A stretch of DNA of 32,490 nucleotides, from the NCBI GenBank assembly GCA_002269645.1, contig NIVC01004881.1:1-32490 (forward strand), in the 5' to 3' direction. The position numbers were made by a program, and so were the translations under genes. This DNA is from Macrostomum lignano. Taxonomy: Eukaryota. Below, piece by piece: positions 22,442 through 32,490 of this stretch. The notes beneath the pieces were generated by a model, which worked only from the letters and a program-made list of their open reading frames with translations, did not search any database and was not told the DNA's origin. The number at the start of each line of letters is the position of its first letter. The stretch's first letter is position 1.

Positions 22442-22765
22442 TTCTGTTGTTTAAGTTGAATACAAAAGGTAGGCGGGTTGCTTTCAATTCAAGCTTGAAT
22501 GAGCAGAGTTAATTTATGGTCAAACAGTCCTCACACTGCTCCCCTAGTGGTGGTGGTACCTCACGGATAGTTACATTCAAGCCAACCCTAGTGCAACTTT
22601 TTTCTGTTGTTTAAGTTGAATACAAAAGGTAGGCGGGGTTGCTGTCAATTCAAGCTTGAATGAGCAAAGAGTTAATTTATGGTCAAACAGTCCTCACACT
22701 GCTCCCCTAGTGGTGATGCCTCACGGATCGTAACACTCAAGCCAACCCTAGAGCAACTTTTTTTT
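22442..22765. repeat. Two ~160-bp tandem copies
   Basis: TTCTGTTGTTTAAGTTGAATACAAAAGGTAGGCGGG...GCCAACCCTAG.GCAACTTT at 22442 and 22602, with few differences. Confidence 0.9.
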
Positions 22766-23122
22766 CAATCTTGGCCTTTACTGATACGATACGATTGAAG
22801 TCATATAAATACAGTCTAAATAACTGACTGGCTTGCGTGGAGATAGAAATCTATCTATATAAAACAGCTCACCTCAAATCAGCCATATCGTTATTTTTCG
22901 TTGCGATCTTTTTTTCAGTTTTAACATTTTTAGCTAACTGCTATGGTTGGTAACCATGATAACAATTTGGTTCGTAAATAAATAACTCAATATAGTGATT
23001 TTGCATGCAGCACTTAGCATGAAGCCTCAGATTTATTTATGTAAATATCATTTGTACTCTTTATGCACTGAGACAAATTTGCACAGATATGAGATGCATG
23101 TATTTTTCAGCAAGTACTGATA

Positions 23123-24418
23123 CGAGGGTCACTCCGAAAGTTTTTGCGTTCGACTACTTCCCCGCAAGCCAGCGCCGTAAAATTGCACCAAACCTTAATT
23201 CCAGAAGTTTTCAACTTGCATATAAAAATTCAAGTGCCCAGCTTTAAGAGAAGCAACGCAATCTGCAATTGAAATTCAGTTTTCAGCCGCCTGCCAGCCA
23301 TGGCCGCCGAACTGTCGAGGCGCGACATCCGCGCCATAATTTTCTACAACTTCAAGCGCGGCCTCACGACGCAGCAATGCCACGAGAAGATGCAGGCAGC
23401 TCTGGGAGATTCTGCGCCTTCGATCCGCACCATCCAGAACTGGTACCGCGACCTTCGGGCTGGACGGTGCAGCCTGGACGACGACGACCGAGAAGGACGT
23501 CCTGCGACAGCAACGACTGGAGAAAACGTCGAGCTGGCACGCAGCCTGATCGAAGAGGATCGGCGTGTGACCCACGTGCAATTGGAGCAGTAGCTGGGCA
23601 TTGGATCCGGGCAAGTGCAGAAGATTTTGCACGAACACCTTGGCGTACGGCGACTGTGCACTCGTTGGGTGCCGCATTTGCTGACGCAGCAGCAGAAGGA
23701 TGAACGCGTGCGGTGGTGCCGCCAGATGCTCGCTGACTTCCAGGACGGCGCCGCACGTGGTGTTTTCGACGTCGTGACGGGCGACGAAACCTGGGTGTTC
23801 CAGCACGACCCCGAGACGAAGCGCCAGTCGTCGGTGTGGTGCTTCTTTGGCGAGGAGTCACCAACGAAGGTTCGCCGCTCCAGGAGCGTCGGCAAAGCCA
23901 TGGTCGCCAGCTTCTTCGGCAGATCAGGCCACGTGGCGACTGTGGTGCTGGACGGGCAGCGAACAGTGACGGCGGAGTGGTACGTCACAGTCTGCCTGCC
24001 GCAGGTGCTGCAGGCGTGGCAGGAGCGGCGTCCCAAACGCGGAATCCGCGGCCTTCGCCTGCACCACGACAACGCGAGTTCGCACACGGCGCAGCGAACC
24101 ATCACGTTCTTGGCCGAAAATCATGTTTCCGTGGTCGGACACCCGCCCTACTCGCCCGACCTGGCTCCGTGTGATTTTTTTTTGTTTCCGAAGGTGATGG
24201 CCGGGCTTCGTGGACAGAGATTTCCCACGGTTGAGGACGCGATTCGTGCGTACAGGGACGGTGTGGATGCACTGACAAAACAGGACTGGGCTGCGGCCTT
24301 TGAGCAGTGGTTTGAGCGAATGCGAAAGTGTGTGTGCGCGCAGGGCAACTACTTTGAACAGATGTGAGGGGGTTTAGCTCTGGCGAAAGCTGAAAGTGGT
24401 CGAACGCAAAAACTTTCG
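23123..24418 (+). mobile_element. mariner (Tc1/mariner, D,D34D) transposon, 1296 bp, TA-flanked
   Basis: TA|CGAGGGTCACTCCGAAAGTTTTTGCGTTCGAC left TIR; right GTCGAACGCAAAAACTTTCG|TA; transposase inside. Confidence 0.95.
23300..24367 (+). pseudogene. mariner transposase with one in-frame TAG (23591-23593)
   Basis: ORFs 23300-23593 and 23615-24367 are in the same frame. Motifs WVPHLL, TGDETW, HHDNA and YSPDLAPCDFFLF, with 34 residues between the 2nd and 3rd catalytic D. Confidence 0.95.
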
Positions 24419-24522
24419 TATCCAAGAAACGCAAGGCTTCAATCAAAGTCTGACAATTCTGAAATCTCGTCAAAAAAGGCCGAACCTCTAAATACATGTA
24501 CAGATACAAGTCTGATACAAAC

Positions 24523-24715
24523 AGAAGAGAGAAGAGATCAGATAGAAGAGATGAAAGAGGAGAAAGGAGAGATGAGAAAGAAGAGACGAGAAATGAGACA
24601 GTAGAGCTAGAACAGAGGAGAGAGGAGAGAGGAGAGGGAAGAGATTATAGAGACGAGTGGAGAGAGAAGAGAAATATGTGAGAGCAGACATGAGAGACAA
24701 TGGGAGAGAATGGTA
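24523..24715. repeat. Purine-rich (GA) low-complexity tract
   Basis: Nearly all A/G on the + strand (GAGAGAAGAG, GAGAGGAGAG...). The ORF called across it is compositional. Confidence 0.85.
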
Positions 24716-26323
24716 TAAAGAAAGGTCTAGTATTTTTGGCTTTTCATGTTCCTGAGATTTGTGAACAACTAGTTAATACTGATAATATCAAGATTCTGGT
24801 TAATATTGATGGTGTGCCTATTTATAATAGTCAGTTTGGCTTTTGGACAATTCTTGGCACTTTGGAAAAGCTTCCTGGTAGTGTTTTTCTTATTGGTGCC
24901 TACTATGGACCAGGAAAGCCAGATTCTTCTAATGAATTTTTGCTAGAATTTGTCTTGAGATGAAAGAACTAGCTGAGAATCAAGGATTACAGCTTGTACC
25001 ATGTAGGCAAAAAGTGCCAGTTACACTTCAGTGGATTTATGTGACCTTCCTGCAAGAAAATTTGTAAAGAATACAGCTGGTCATACAGGCTATTATTCAT
25101 GTGATCATTGTTCAACCAAAGGTGTGTTTGATGAACAAGCTCGAATGGTTGTTTTTCCTGAAACGAATGCAGTTCGGCGGACTAAAGATTCATTTCGTTT
25201 GCGTTTACAAACTGAGCATCATAAGGCAACATCATCATCTTTTGAACAGATTGCTGTGGACATGGTTAGAAGTTTTCCTAGTGATTCAATACATGTTCTC
25301 TACAAAGGTGTTGCACAAAGGTTGCTTGGAAATCTTAACTCTGGACCTGCTAAGTTCCGCATTAGTCCAAAAAATAAGCTGCAGATCAATGAGTGGCTTA
25401 AAGATATTGGGAAGTTAACACCATCAGATTTTCAACGCAAGCCAAAATCTATTGCACATGTCAACTCATGGAAAGCAACTGAGCTGCGTCAATTCTGCTT
25501 GTATCTTATCCCTCTTGTGCTACCAAAATATGTGCCTAAGGAAGAAGCAACTGACTTATTTCTTTGCTTGCATCTCATCTGTATTCTTCTGAACTGTCCA
25601 CGAATAGTCAACAATCAACATTCCCTACTTCAACAGTTTGTGAAGGCATTTTATAAGCTTGGGCAAGAACTTTTGGGTGCAAGCCTATTCACACCAACTG
25701 TTCATGGTCTTCAGCACCTCGTTGAAGATTTAATTGCACATGGTGATATTGAACAATTCTCAGCCTTCCAGTTCGAAAACTTTAGTCGGTTTGTCAAGCG
25801 GAGCATCCGATCTGCTAATCTTCCTCTTCAACAGTTAGCAAATCGAGTCGAGGAGCAGGGGCCATGTCTAGGTCAGCACAGGAACATTCGTATATCCAAG
25901 TTAAAGGCTCGATGTGCATTTTCAGAACACTTTTCGAGCATTGCACCTGTTCCTCCAGACTATGCAGGCTTTATGCAGTTTAAGAAAATTCAAATAAGTT
26001 CAGAGATCCAGCTTGCACTTAGGCAGCGCGACTCTTATTTTTCTATTGTTGTTAGTGGTAGGATGAAAGTTTGCAAGCTTGCCAATATTCTTCGCGACAC
26101 TCGAGATTCTTCTTGTCTGTTAGTGTACCAAGAATTCAAGGAAGTGTGTCCTTATTATGAGAAGCCCATCCGATCATCAGAAATTGGTATCTATCGTCTA
26201 AGACGCCTGGACCGAAGTTTCAAAACTTGCAATGCTGGGGCTGTTAAATCGAAGTTTATGGTGCTGCCAGCAGGCCAAGAATCAAGGGACAGCTATGCTG
26301 TCACCCTTTTGCATACCATCTAG
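24700..26323 (+). pseudogene. EnSpm/CMC transposase, 5'-truncated, with two frameshifts (~24955, ~25038)
   Basis: VNIDGVPIY...FWTILG, CDLPARKFVK..GHTGYYSCDHC, PSDSIHVLYKGV, PSDFQRKPKS, WKATELRQF, TVHGLQHL, FSAFQFENF. Confidence 0.9.
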
Positions 26324-26404
26324 GTTCGCTAACCTAGGTCACAGTTTTCTGATTTACGCCATATATCATGTCATATTATAAACAAATGAAATTTCAATTT
26401 CCAG

Positions 26405-28739
26405 ATGTTTTCCCTAATCGAGTTTTTGGAGATCTAACAACAGCTGTCATCCCATATATCTGGTTGCATGGTGACCACACTGCTGCATTCCCCCCACCTT
26501 CTCAATATTCTCGGTTTCGCACAATTAGTCGAACTCAGACAGTTGCTGAAGATGATTGGCCGCGGTACAATGTTAAGGTCCTAGCGGCTCAAGGTATTTT
26601 TATGCAAATCTTTTTTTGTTTAAATCTTTACATAAATATTTTTATTCTAGTATCTTTTCTACTTCAGACTCTTACGACAGGCTGGAATATTTGTCACGAA
26701 AGTATGAGCAACGCGCGTCATTATCAGACAGTGATTTTGGAAAGCGAGGGAGAACAAAGACTTAGCTGTTTTTAGACGAGCCTTTACTGCCAGACCCAAA
26801 AATGCAAAAGAAAACCAATGACAGAAGCAGAAGCAGTGTCTCGGCGCGAGCCTGTCAAGATTTTCACTTCCAGCCCAGCCAGCCAGACTCCTCTGAATAC
26901 AATTCTTGAAGAAAACATCAGGCGGTCTGATGCGCAGCGAGACCGAGAGGGCGACATCAGGCGGTCTGATGCGCAGCGAGACCGAGAGGGCGACATCAGG
27001 CGGTCGGATGCGCAGCGAGATCGAGAAGGCGACAGCCTTCGGTCCGATACGCAGCGAGACCGAGAGGGCGACAGCCTTCGGTCCGATACGCAGCGAGACC
27101 GAGAGGGCGACATCAGGCGGTCGGATGCGCAGCGAGACCGAGAGGGCGACATCAGGCGGTCGGATGCGCAGCGAGACCGAGAAGGCGACATCAGGCGGTC
27201 GGATGCGCAGCGAGACCGAGAAGGCGACAGCCTTCTGTCCGATACGCAGCGAGACCGAGAGGGCGACAGCCTTCGGTCCGATACGCAGCGAGACCGAGAG
27301 GGCGACAGCCTTCGGTCCGATACGCAGCGAGACTGAGAGGGCGACAGCCTTCGGTCCGATACGCAGCGAGACTGAGAGGGCGACATCAGGCGGTCGGATG
27401 CGCAGCGAGACCGAGAGGGCGACAGCCTTCGGTCCGATGCGCAGCGAGACCGAGAGGGCGACATCAGGCGGTCGGATGCGCAGCGAGACCGAGAGGGCGA
27501 CATCAGGCGGTCGGATGCGCAGCAAGACCGAGAGGGCGACATCAGGCGGTCGGATGCGCAGCGAGACCGAGAGGGCGACAGCCTTCGGTCCGACCTATAC
27601 GCAGCGAGACCGAGAGGGCGACATCAGGCGGTCTGATGCGCAGCGAGACGAGAGGGCGACATCAGGTGGTCGGATGCGCAGCGAGACCGAGAGGGCGCCA
27701 TCAGGCGGTCGGATGCGCAGCGAGACCGAGAGGGCGACATCAGGCGGTCGGATGCGCAGCGAGACCGAGAGGGCGACATCAGGCGGTCGGATGCGCAGCG
27801 AGATCGAGAAGGCAACAGCCTTCGGTCCCATACGCAGCGAGACCGAGCAGTCAACGGCAACAGACGGATCCAGCTTGACAATGAGCATTCGTGTCACTGT
27901 CCCTGTGTCCAAAGTAAGCCATCGTTTTTACTTCAAGCTTTAACCTAAAGCTGAACACTTTATAAACACTTTTTTCTTTATACAGGGTGGTTTAATCTGC
28001 TGTTTATGCGACTTGATGATATGGAAAAGAAACAGACTGCCATCATGGAGCAGATGACCAAGATGACCAAGAAGAAGGCTCAGTTGCTGCCAAATTTGAC
28101 GCCATTATTGCCCATCAAAACGAAGGACGAAATTCTTCAATTTGCAGTGCTTCTGCAAGAAAATGAAGGCGTCCAAGCTGAATTGGTAAATTTGTAATAA
28201 ATGTTTCAAGTATTTGACATTACTCAATTTTGCTGGTATCTCATTACTTTTTACGCAAGTACAAAGTACTTATTACTTTTTAACACCTGTTGTAGGACGT
28301 TCTTGCCAAGCAATGCCATTGTTCTGACGCTAGACGAACGGTGAGGGATTTCTTCGAAAAACTCGCTCCACTCTCGGTTTGGTCCGCTTTTTCCGTTCCG
28401 AGGAGAAAAGGAAAGACAGCTGTGCCTAAATTAGTGACCAAAGCTATATGCGGTACGTTGTTTCACTTCCAAATGGCTTATAAGCAGCATTATTCAAAAA
28501 GTTAAATTCTAAGTTCGCCCAATTTTTCGTTCTCAGACAGTCTAGCCGCCAGCAAGCTATTGTCCTCGCAGACTGGAAAGCAGAAATTGTCCGGATTCGT
28601 CGGCGAAATCGTTAAATATTTCGGAGGAAATGACAAGTCCAAGGACAATGACAACGGGCAACTTCCATCAGTTCCATTACTTCCATCTCCAGCAAGCGAG
28701 CTGCCTGATGATTTTAAGGAGGGCGAGTTCAGCGATTAA
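26405..28739 (+). pseudogene. EnSpm accessory gene (ORF2) of copy 2, spliced and disabled, containing a 13-aa repeat block
   Basis: Start MFSLIEFLE, then a frameshift into LTTAVIPYIWL. GT-AG introns at approximately 26593-26669, 27913-27985, 28186-28295 and 28453-28538. Later exons read WFNLLFMRLDDMEKKQ, RTVRDFFEKLAPLSVWSAFSVPRRKGK and ...EGEFSD*. Stops and frameshifts at ~26435, ~26768, ~26815, 27334, 27373. Confidence 0.7.
26915..27847 (+). repeat. 39-bp GC-rich minisatellite, ~24 units of two variants
   Basis: Variant A GAGACCGAGAGGGCGACATCAGGCGGTCGGATGCGCAGC and variant B with CAGCCTTCGGTCCGATAC in the variable segment. No spacers. Confidence 0.95.
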
Positions 28740-31505
28740 TATTGTCTTGCATTTTAGTTTCGTCGACTTTTTACAAACTAAATCATTTAGTCTTAAAATG
28801 TCAACGTCGTTCCGATTGCTGCCTACCATTTAATCCCAATGCTGTTCTGTTTTATCGCGTTCTGTGTTGTCATTTCATTTTCTGATTGCTGCCAGCCATT
28901 TAATCCCAATTTAATATTGCTTTAGTCAGTGTAAGATCGGAACATTAACTGGATTAGTTTAATTGGTTGGTAACAATAGATCTAGCTCTTGCATGAGGCC
29001 TAGCTCGAATGCAATGTATGCTTTTGGAAAGAAATGAACTGTTGTTTTTACTTCGACTTATTTATTTCTACAAGGCAACATGGTTTATGCTGGCAAAAAA
29101 GGAACTGATATATATCTATGAGCAGAAACTTCAACGTCATCGAGCGTCTCAAAAGAACGTCTAATAACGTCAAAATCAGACGTTGTGTAAACGTCCATTT
29201 TAGTGTACTGTTACTATCCCACAGAGACGTTCCTGGACGTCTTGACCATTCAGGACGTTTGGGCGGACGTCCGCGGGACGTTAAATTGTTATTCGGGCGT
29301 GATTTCATGGAAATATCACACATTAACTATGTTACTTTAAGTAGCATAGACGACAGCAAGTGATCGCATATTTCCTAAATTAAGTATAATGAATATCTTT
29401 CTTAAACTGTTAAACTTCAAATAGAAATGCATCTCTTACTATACCAAAAATATTTTGCAGCCAATCGTTTCTCTCGCCGCTCAATTAACATTGAATAAAA
29501 AAATGAGGATATAAAAATCAAGTGAACTCATTTGAAGCTGAATCAAGAACTGTGTGCTTTCGAGAGAAGACACTATAGAAGGAATGCGACTAAAATTTAG
29601 TCACAAGTAATTGTTTAACTACAATTTATGATTTTAAAAGTACGAAAAAATCATTTTTTGTGATAACGCGATGCAATCTGCATCCACATAAACTTCTGAC
29701 GCAGCTTACTTCCATCTTTGTTAAAGTAGTTATAAAGCAAAGCGGTGTAATTAAAACGCGGAAGGTTTTTTAAATGTTTAGCGCCTGGACTCTTGTTGAA
29801 CGTGCATTGCATGGGCTATAGTTGAAAAGACAGGAGACGAATAAAATAGTCAGTCATCGTGGTGCCACCCAATGATGTAGGCACCAATAGTCTATCACGT
29901 AGCCTATCAATATATATCGATTGCCTATCACCTTACTAACTGCGCTCTATATACTACTACTGCCACAGAATTTTGATTTTTTTATTAACCAGATTATTTC
30001 TGCAGAAGAACCCCATAGATCAAAAGTTATATATTCTTGTTCTTGGTATATTTCCGTCACCTTTTGTATGCCAGTATGCTATTAAATTTACTTTTAATTG
30101 GGCTTATAGCTAGATATTATAAATGCAATCAGTTTGTGTTAATTGTGTACATTAGCTAAGTACATTAGCTATATAAAATGCAAAGGATTTGCTACTTAAC
30201 TCCTAACTCTCAAATGAAAATTTACAAAAACAAGACAGAGGACAATTATTAAGATTTCTTATTTGTTTTATTATTACAATAATGCATTCTTTTTATTTAT
30301 ATACTTGGCACTTAATTTATTATTAATATTACCTTAATTACCAAAAAACGGTATACTATATTGAATTCCTAAAGAACTCCCTTTTGCTCTACACTTGTTC
30401 CTTTGTCTTATCCTACCTTTTATGTTTTTAATACTGTTTAAATTCCATACTCCAAAAACTCAAATTATAGCTATTTTGGATTCTACCTGACTTAATAGAC
30501 TATATAGTAGCCATAGTCAAGTCAACAAGGTGTCTTTGGCCCAGAAAAATTCTGGCATGAAAATGAGTGAAGAAAAATTTTGGCATATAATTTCCATCGT
30601 ACACATAGGAAAAATATGTATGAAAAATTTGAGCATTTTGGTTTATTCTATTAGGTATTAGGTCATAATGTTCAAAATGTTCACGTGCACTTTGGCATGA
30701 GCATTTTTTGTATAGACATAAAGAATTAACACAAGCTTACTAATGCTGATGCCCAAAGTCAAGTCATTAGCAAACTGGCAGCAAAGTATTTAGTGAGTTC
30801 TAAAGAAGTTATTCACTGCTAAGCTTGGACACTAGCAGGAGGCAAAGGAAAATTGTTTTTTTATTGTAGTTATACAATATAGCTATATTTTTCTATATAC
30901 TAATAGAGCCACAAACCCTTTGCTTGTTTCTTAATACTCTGTAGTATAATAAAAAATCCCCTCAATAAAAATGTAACCTTTTTACCTATCTCTTTTCATA
31001 CATTAGTATTATGACAAGCAGGTCTGTACATTTACTGAAACATATGGAATAGACTAAAATGGACCAAAACAGGCCTAAGGGCTTGTAGTGTGATTGACAC
31101 CCATGAGGGACAAGTCCCAAGGCACAGAGAATATATAGTGCCTGACAATGAGAAAGTCAGAGCAGATGTACCTCTGTGTGACCGTTGCCTATGTACATAT
31201 CCATGTGCCTGTGTATGCTCAGAAGTCAGCAGAATGGGCAGAATTGCCTCCCCACTGGTTACAGTTTTATAAAGGCATTACACCAGGGTGCCCATAGCCC
31301 TTAGAGCAGTTAGACGGTTCTAGTGCAATTAGTGAGCAGCGAAGTGCACCCAAGTACTACTAGTCTGGTAGTCGATCATACGACTTTTGAAGCAAGATTT
31401 TGCAAGCTAGCCGACCAATTCAACAAACAAGACCGCACGATTCGAGCGATTTATTCAAAAATTAGCAGTACAACGATGAGTCATACTTTGAACTGTATTT
31501 TCCAT

Positions 31506-32050
31506 GTTATTAGACACAAAGCGACTATATAAAATCAGGAAAGAATCACTTCAAATACAATAATTAAAATTTCAAAAATTTTAATGGCAATAACACACTA
31601 AGGCAAGCGGCGTCCTTATCATTGTCTGAGTTGCATTTCCTTTTACCATTCTAATAAAATCAAAGCAAACCTTAACACAACTTTACTTAAAGTATACATC
31701 ATTAAATTATCTGGATAGAGCCAGAGATTCTGCGATTCTTTGTGTAGTGTTATTAGACACAAAGCGAAAGTCCCGATAGACAGGAAATTTTTTTGTTGTA
31801 TTTATCACTTCAAATACAAAATTAAAGCATGTTTGAAAAAGCAACCCTCAATGTGTTAGCTTTTTTGTCCAATAACATTAAGTTTTTTCAAGCGGCGTAT
31901 ACTTAAAGGTCAGTCTGAGATTTTTTACTTGCATTTCCCTTTTACCATTCTAATAAACTCAAAGCAAACCTTAACACAAACTTTACTTAAAGTAATCACA
32001 ATTAAAATTATCTGGATAGAGCCAGAGATTCTGCCATTCTTTTCGTGTTA
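31506..32050. repeat. Two diverged tandem copies (~243 and ~300 bp)
   Basis: Both begin GTTATTAGACACAAAGCG (31506, 31749) and share TTGCATTTCC..TTTACCATTCTAATAAA and ATTATCTGGATAGAGCCAGAGATTCTGC. Confidence 0.85.
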
Positions 32051-32490
32051 GTTGTTTTTATTATCTTAGTTCGCGCTGTTAAACTGCAAGTCCCCGACGA
32101 GACGTAAGTGTCACGTTATTGGCGTAGTGGCTAGGACCCTTAAAAATGGCCGTTTGACGAGAATTGTCGTAAGTCGTTGTAGTCCCAAAATGAATCGAAG
32201 TCAATTCTTTGCAAAACGGATTGTGTAGCGGAGCACTTGGCGTATAAGGGCAGGAAAATGCCGTAGTTAATTTATTGTTGAGATCAATATTAGAACTGGT
32301 TAATGTCAATACAAAACTTATTGCGCTTTGGGACACTGGCGGCTGCAACAATGGTTTTGAAGGTAATTTAGAATGATGAAGTCGAGTAGTAGACGAATGA
32401 TACAATGGTGACGCAACGTGGTGGGTGATGGCGATGGCACAGTGGAAGCAGTGAGTAGCAAGTAGACGGGCAGATAAGTAGCGGCGAGAA

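Larger units (their letters stand above)
24700..29297 (+). mobile_element. EnSpm/CMC DNA transposon, copy 2 (5' part truncated or displaced)
   Basis: Transposase plus spliced ORF2, followed by a dense (G/A)ACGT(C/T) subterminal repeat field (~29130-29285) and terminus ATTGTTATTCGGG at 29297. Confidence 0.85.

Noticed and set aside
22537-22551. CTCF-like motif (CCACTAGGGGAGCAG on minus) in both 160-bp units
   Set aside because: It mismatches the core consensus at key positions, and the host taxon is unknown.
23269-24509. Multiple overlapping ORFs around the mariner
   Set aside because: They are alternative-frame and antisense shadows of a GC-rich transposase gene.
26915-27847. CRISPR-like array
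   Set aside because: The 39-bp units abut with no unique spacers, lie in a spliced eukaryotic TE gene, and no cas genes are present.
26906-27943. 345-aa ORF (RSETERATSGGRM repeats) and the antisense ORFs 26659-27525 and 26784-27542 as real genes
   Set aside because: They are stop-free shadows of a GC-rich repeat. Splice phase with the downstream exon supports a different frame.
17910-29301. Shared CGTG after LTR F (17910) and after the EnSpm end (29298) as a common TSD
   Set aside because: Both are right-hand flanks of different element classes, and a 4-bp match is expected by chance.
1-32490. tRNA, rRNA, snRNA or host protein-coding genes
   Set aside because: No cloverleaf with A/B boxes, rRNA signature or non-TE conserved protein was recognised. 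Short RNAs could be missed without covariance-model searches.

Overview
Eukaryotic (metazoan, probably invertebrate) AT-rich DNA. I found no host gene, tRNA/rRNA gene or CRISPR array. The window is a stack of nested transposable elements. (1) Two animal-type EnSpm/CMC DNA transposons, each with a transposase plus a spliced accessory gene (<1-4777 and ~24700-29297), and two further orphan CCC-type ends. (2) Six diverged copies of one ~1.0-1.1 kb LTR family (TGTG...CCCCACCTCA, 4-bp TSDs). Several appear inserted into each other's 5' ends, and they share a conserved stem-loop core showing covariation. (3) A solo LTR of a second family. (4) A young 1.68-kb non-coding two-LTR element inside a long-TIR MITE. 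(5) A Tourist-like MITE. (6) A 1.2-kb non-coding retroposon with a 12-bp TSD, 3' stem-loop and (AAAC)n tail. (7) A near-intact D,D34D mariner with one stop codon and a deleted right TIR tip. (8) PHD-FLYWCH-MULE and Helitron-like remnants. Almost all orientable elements face the + strand. Family assignments come from motif recognition by eye; no database search was run.
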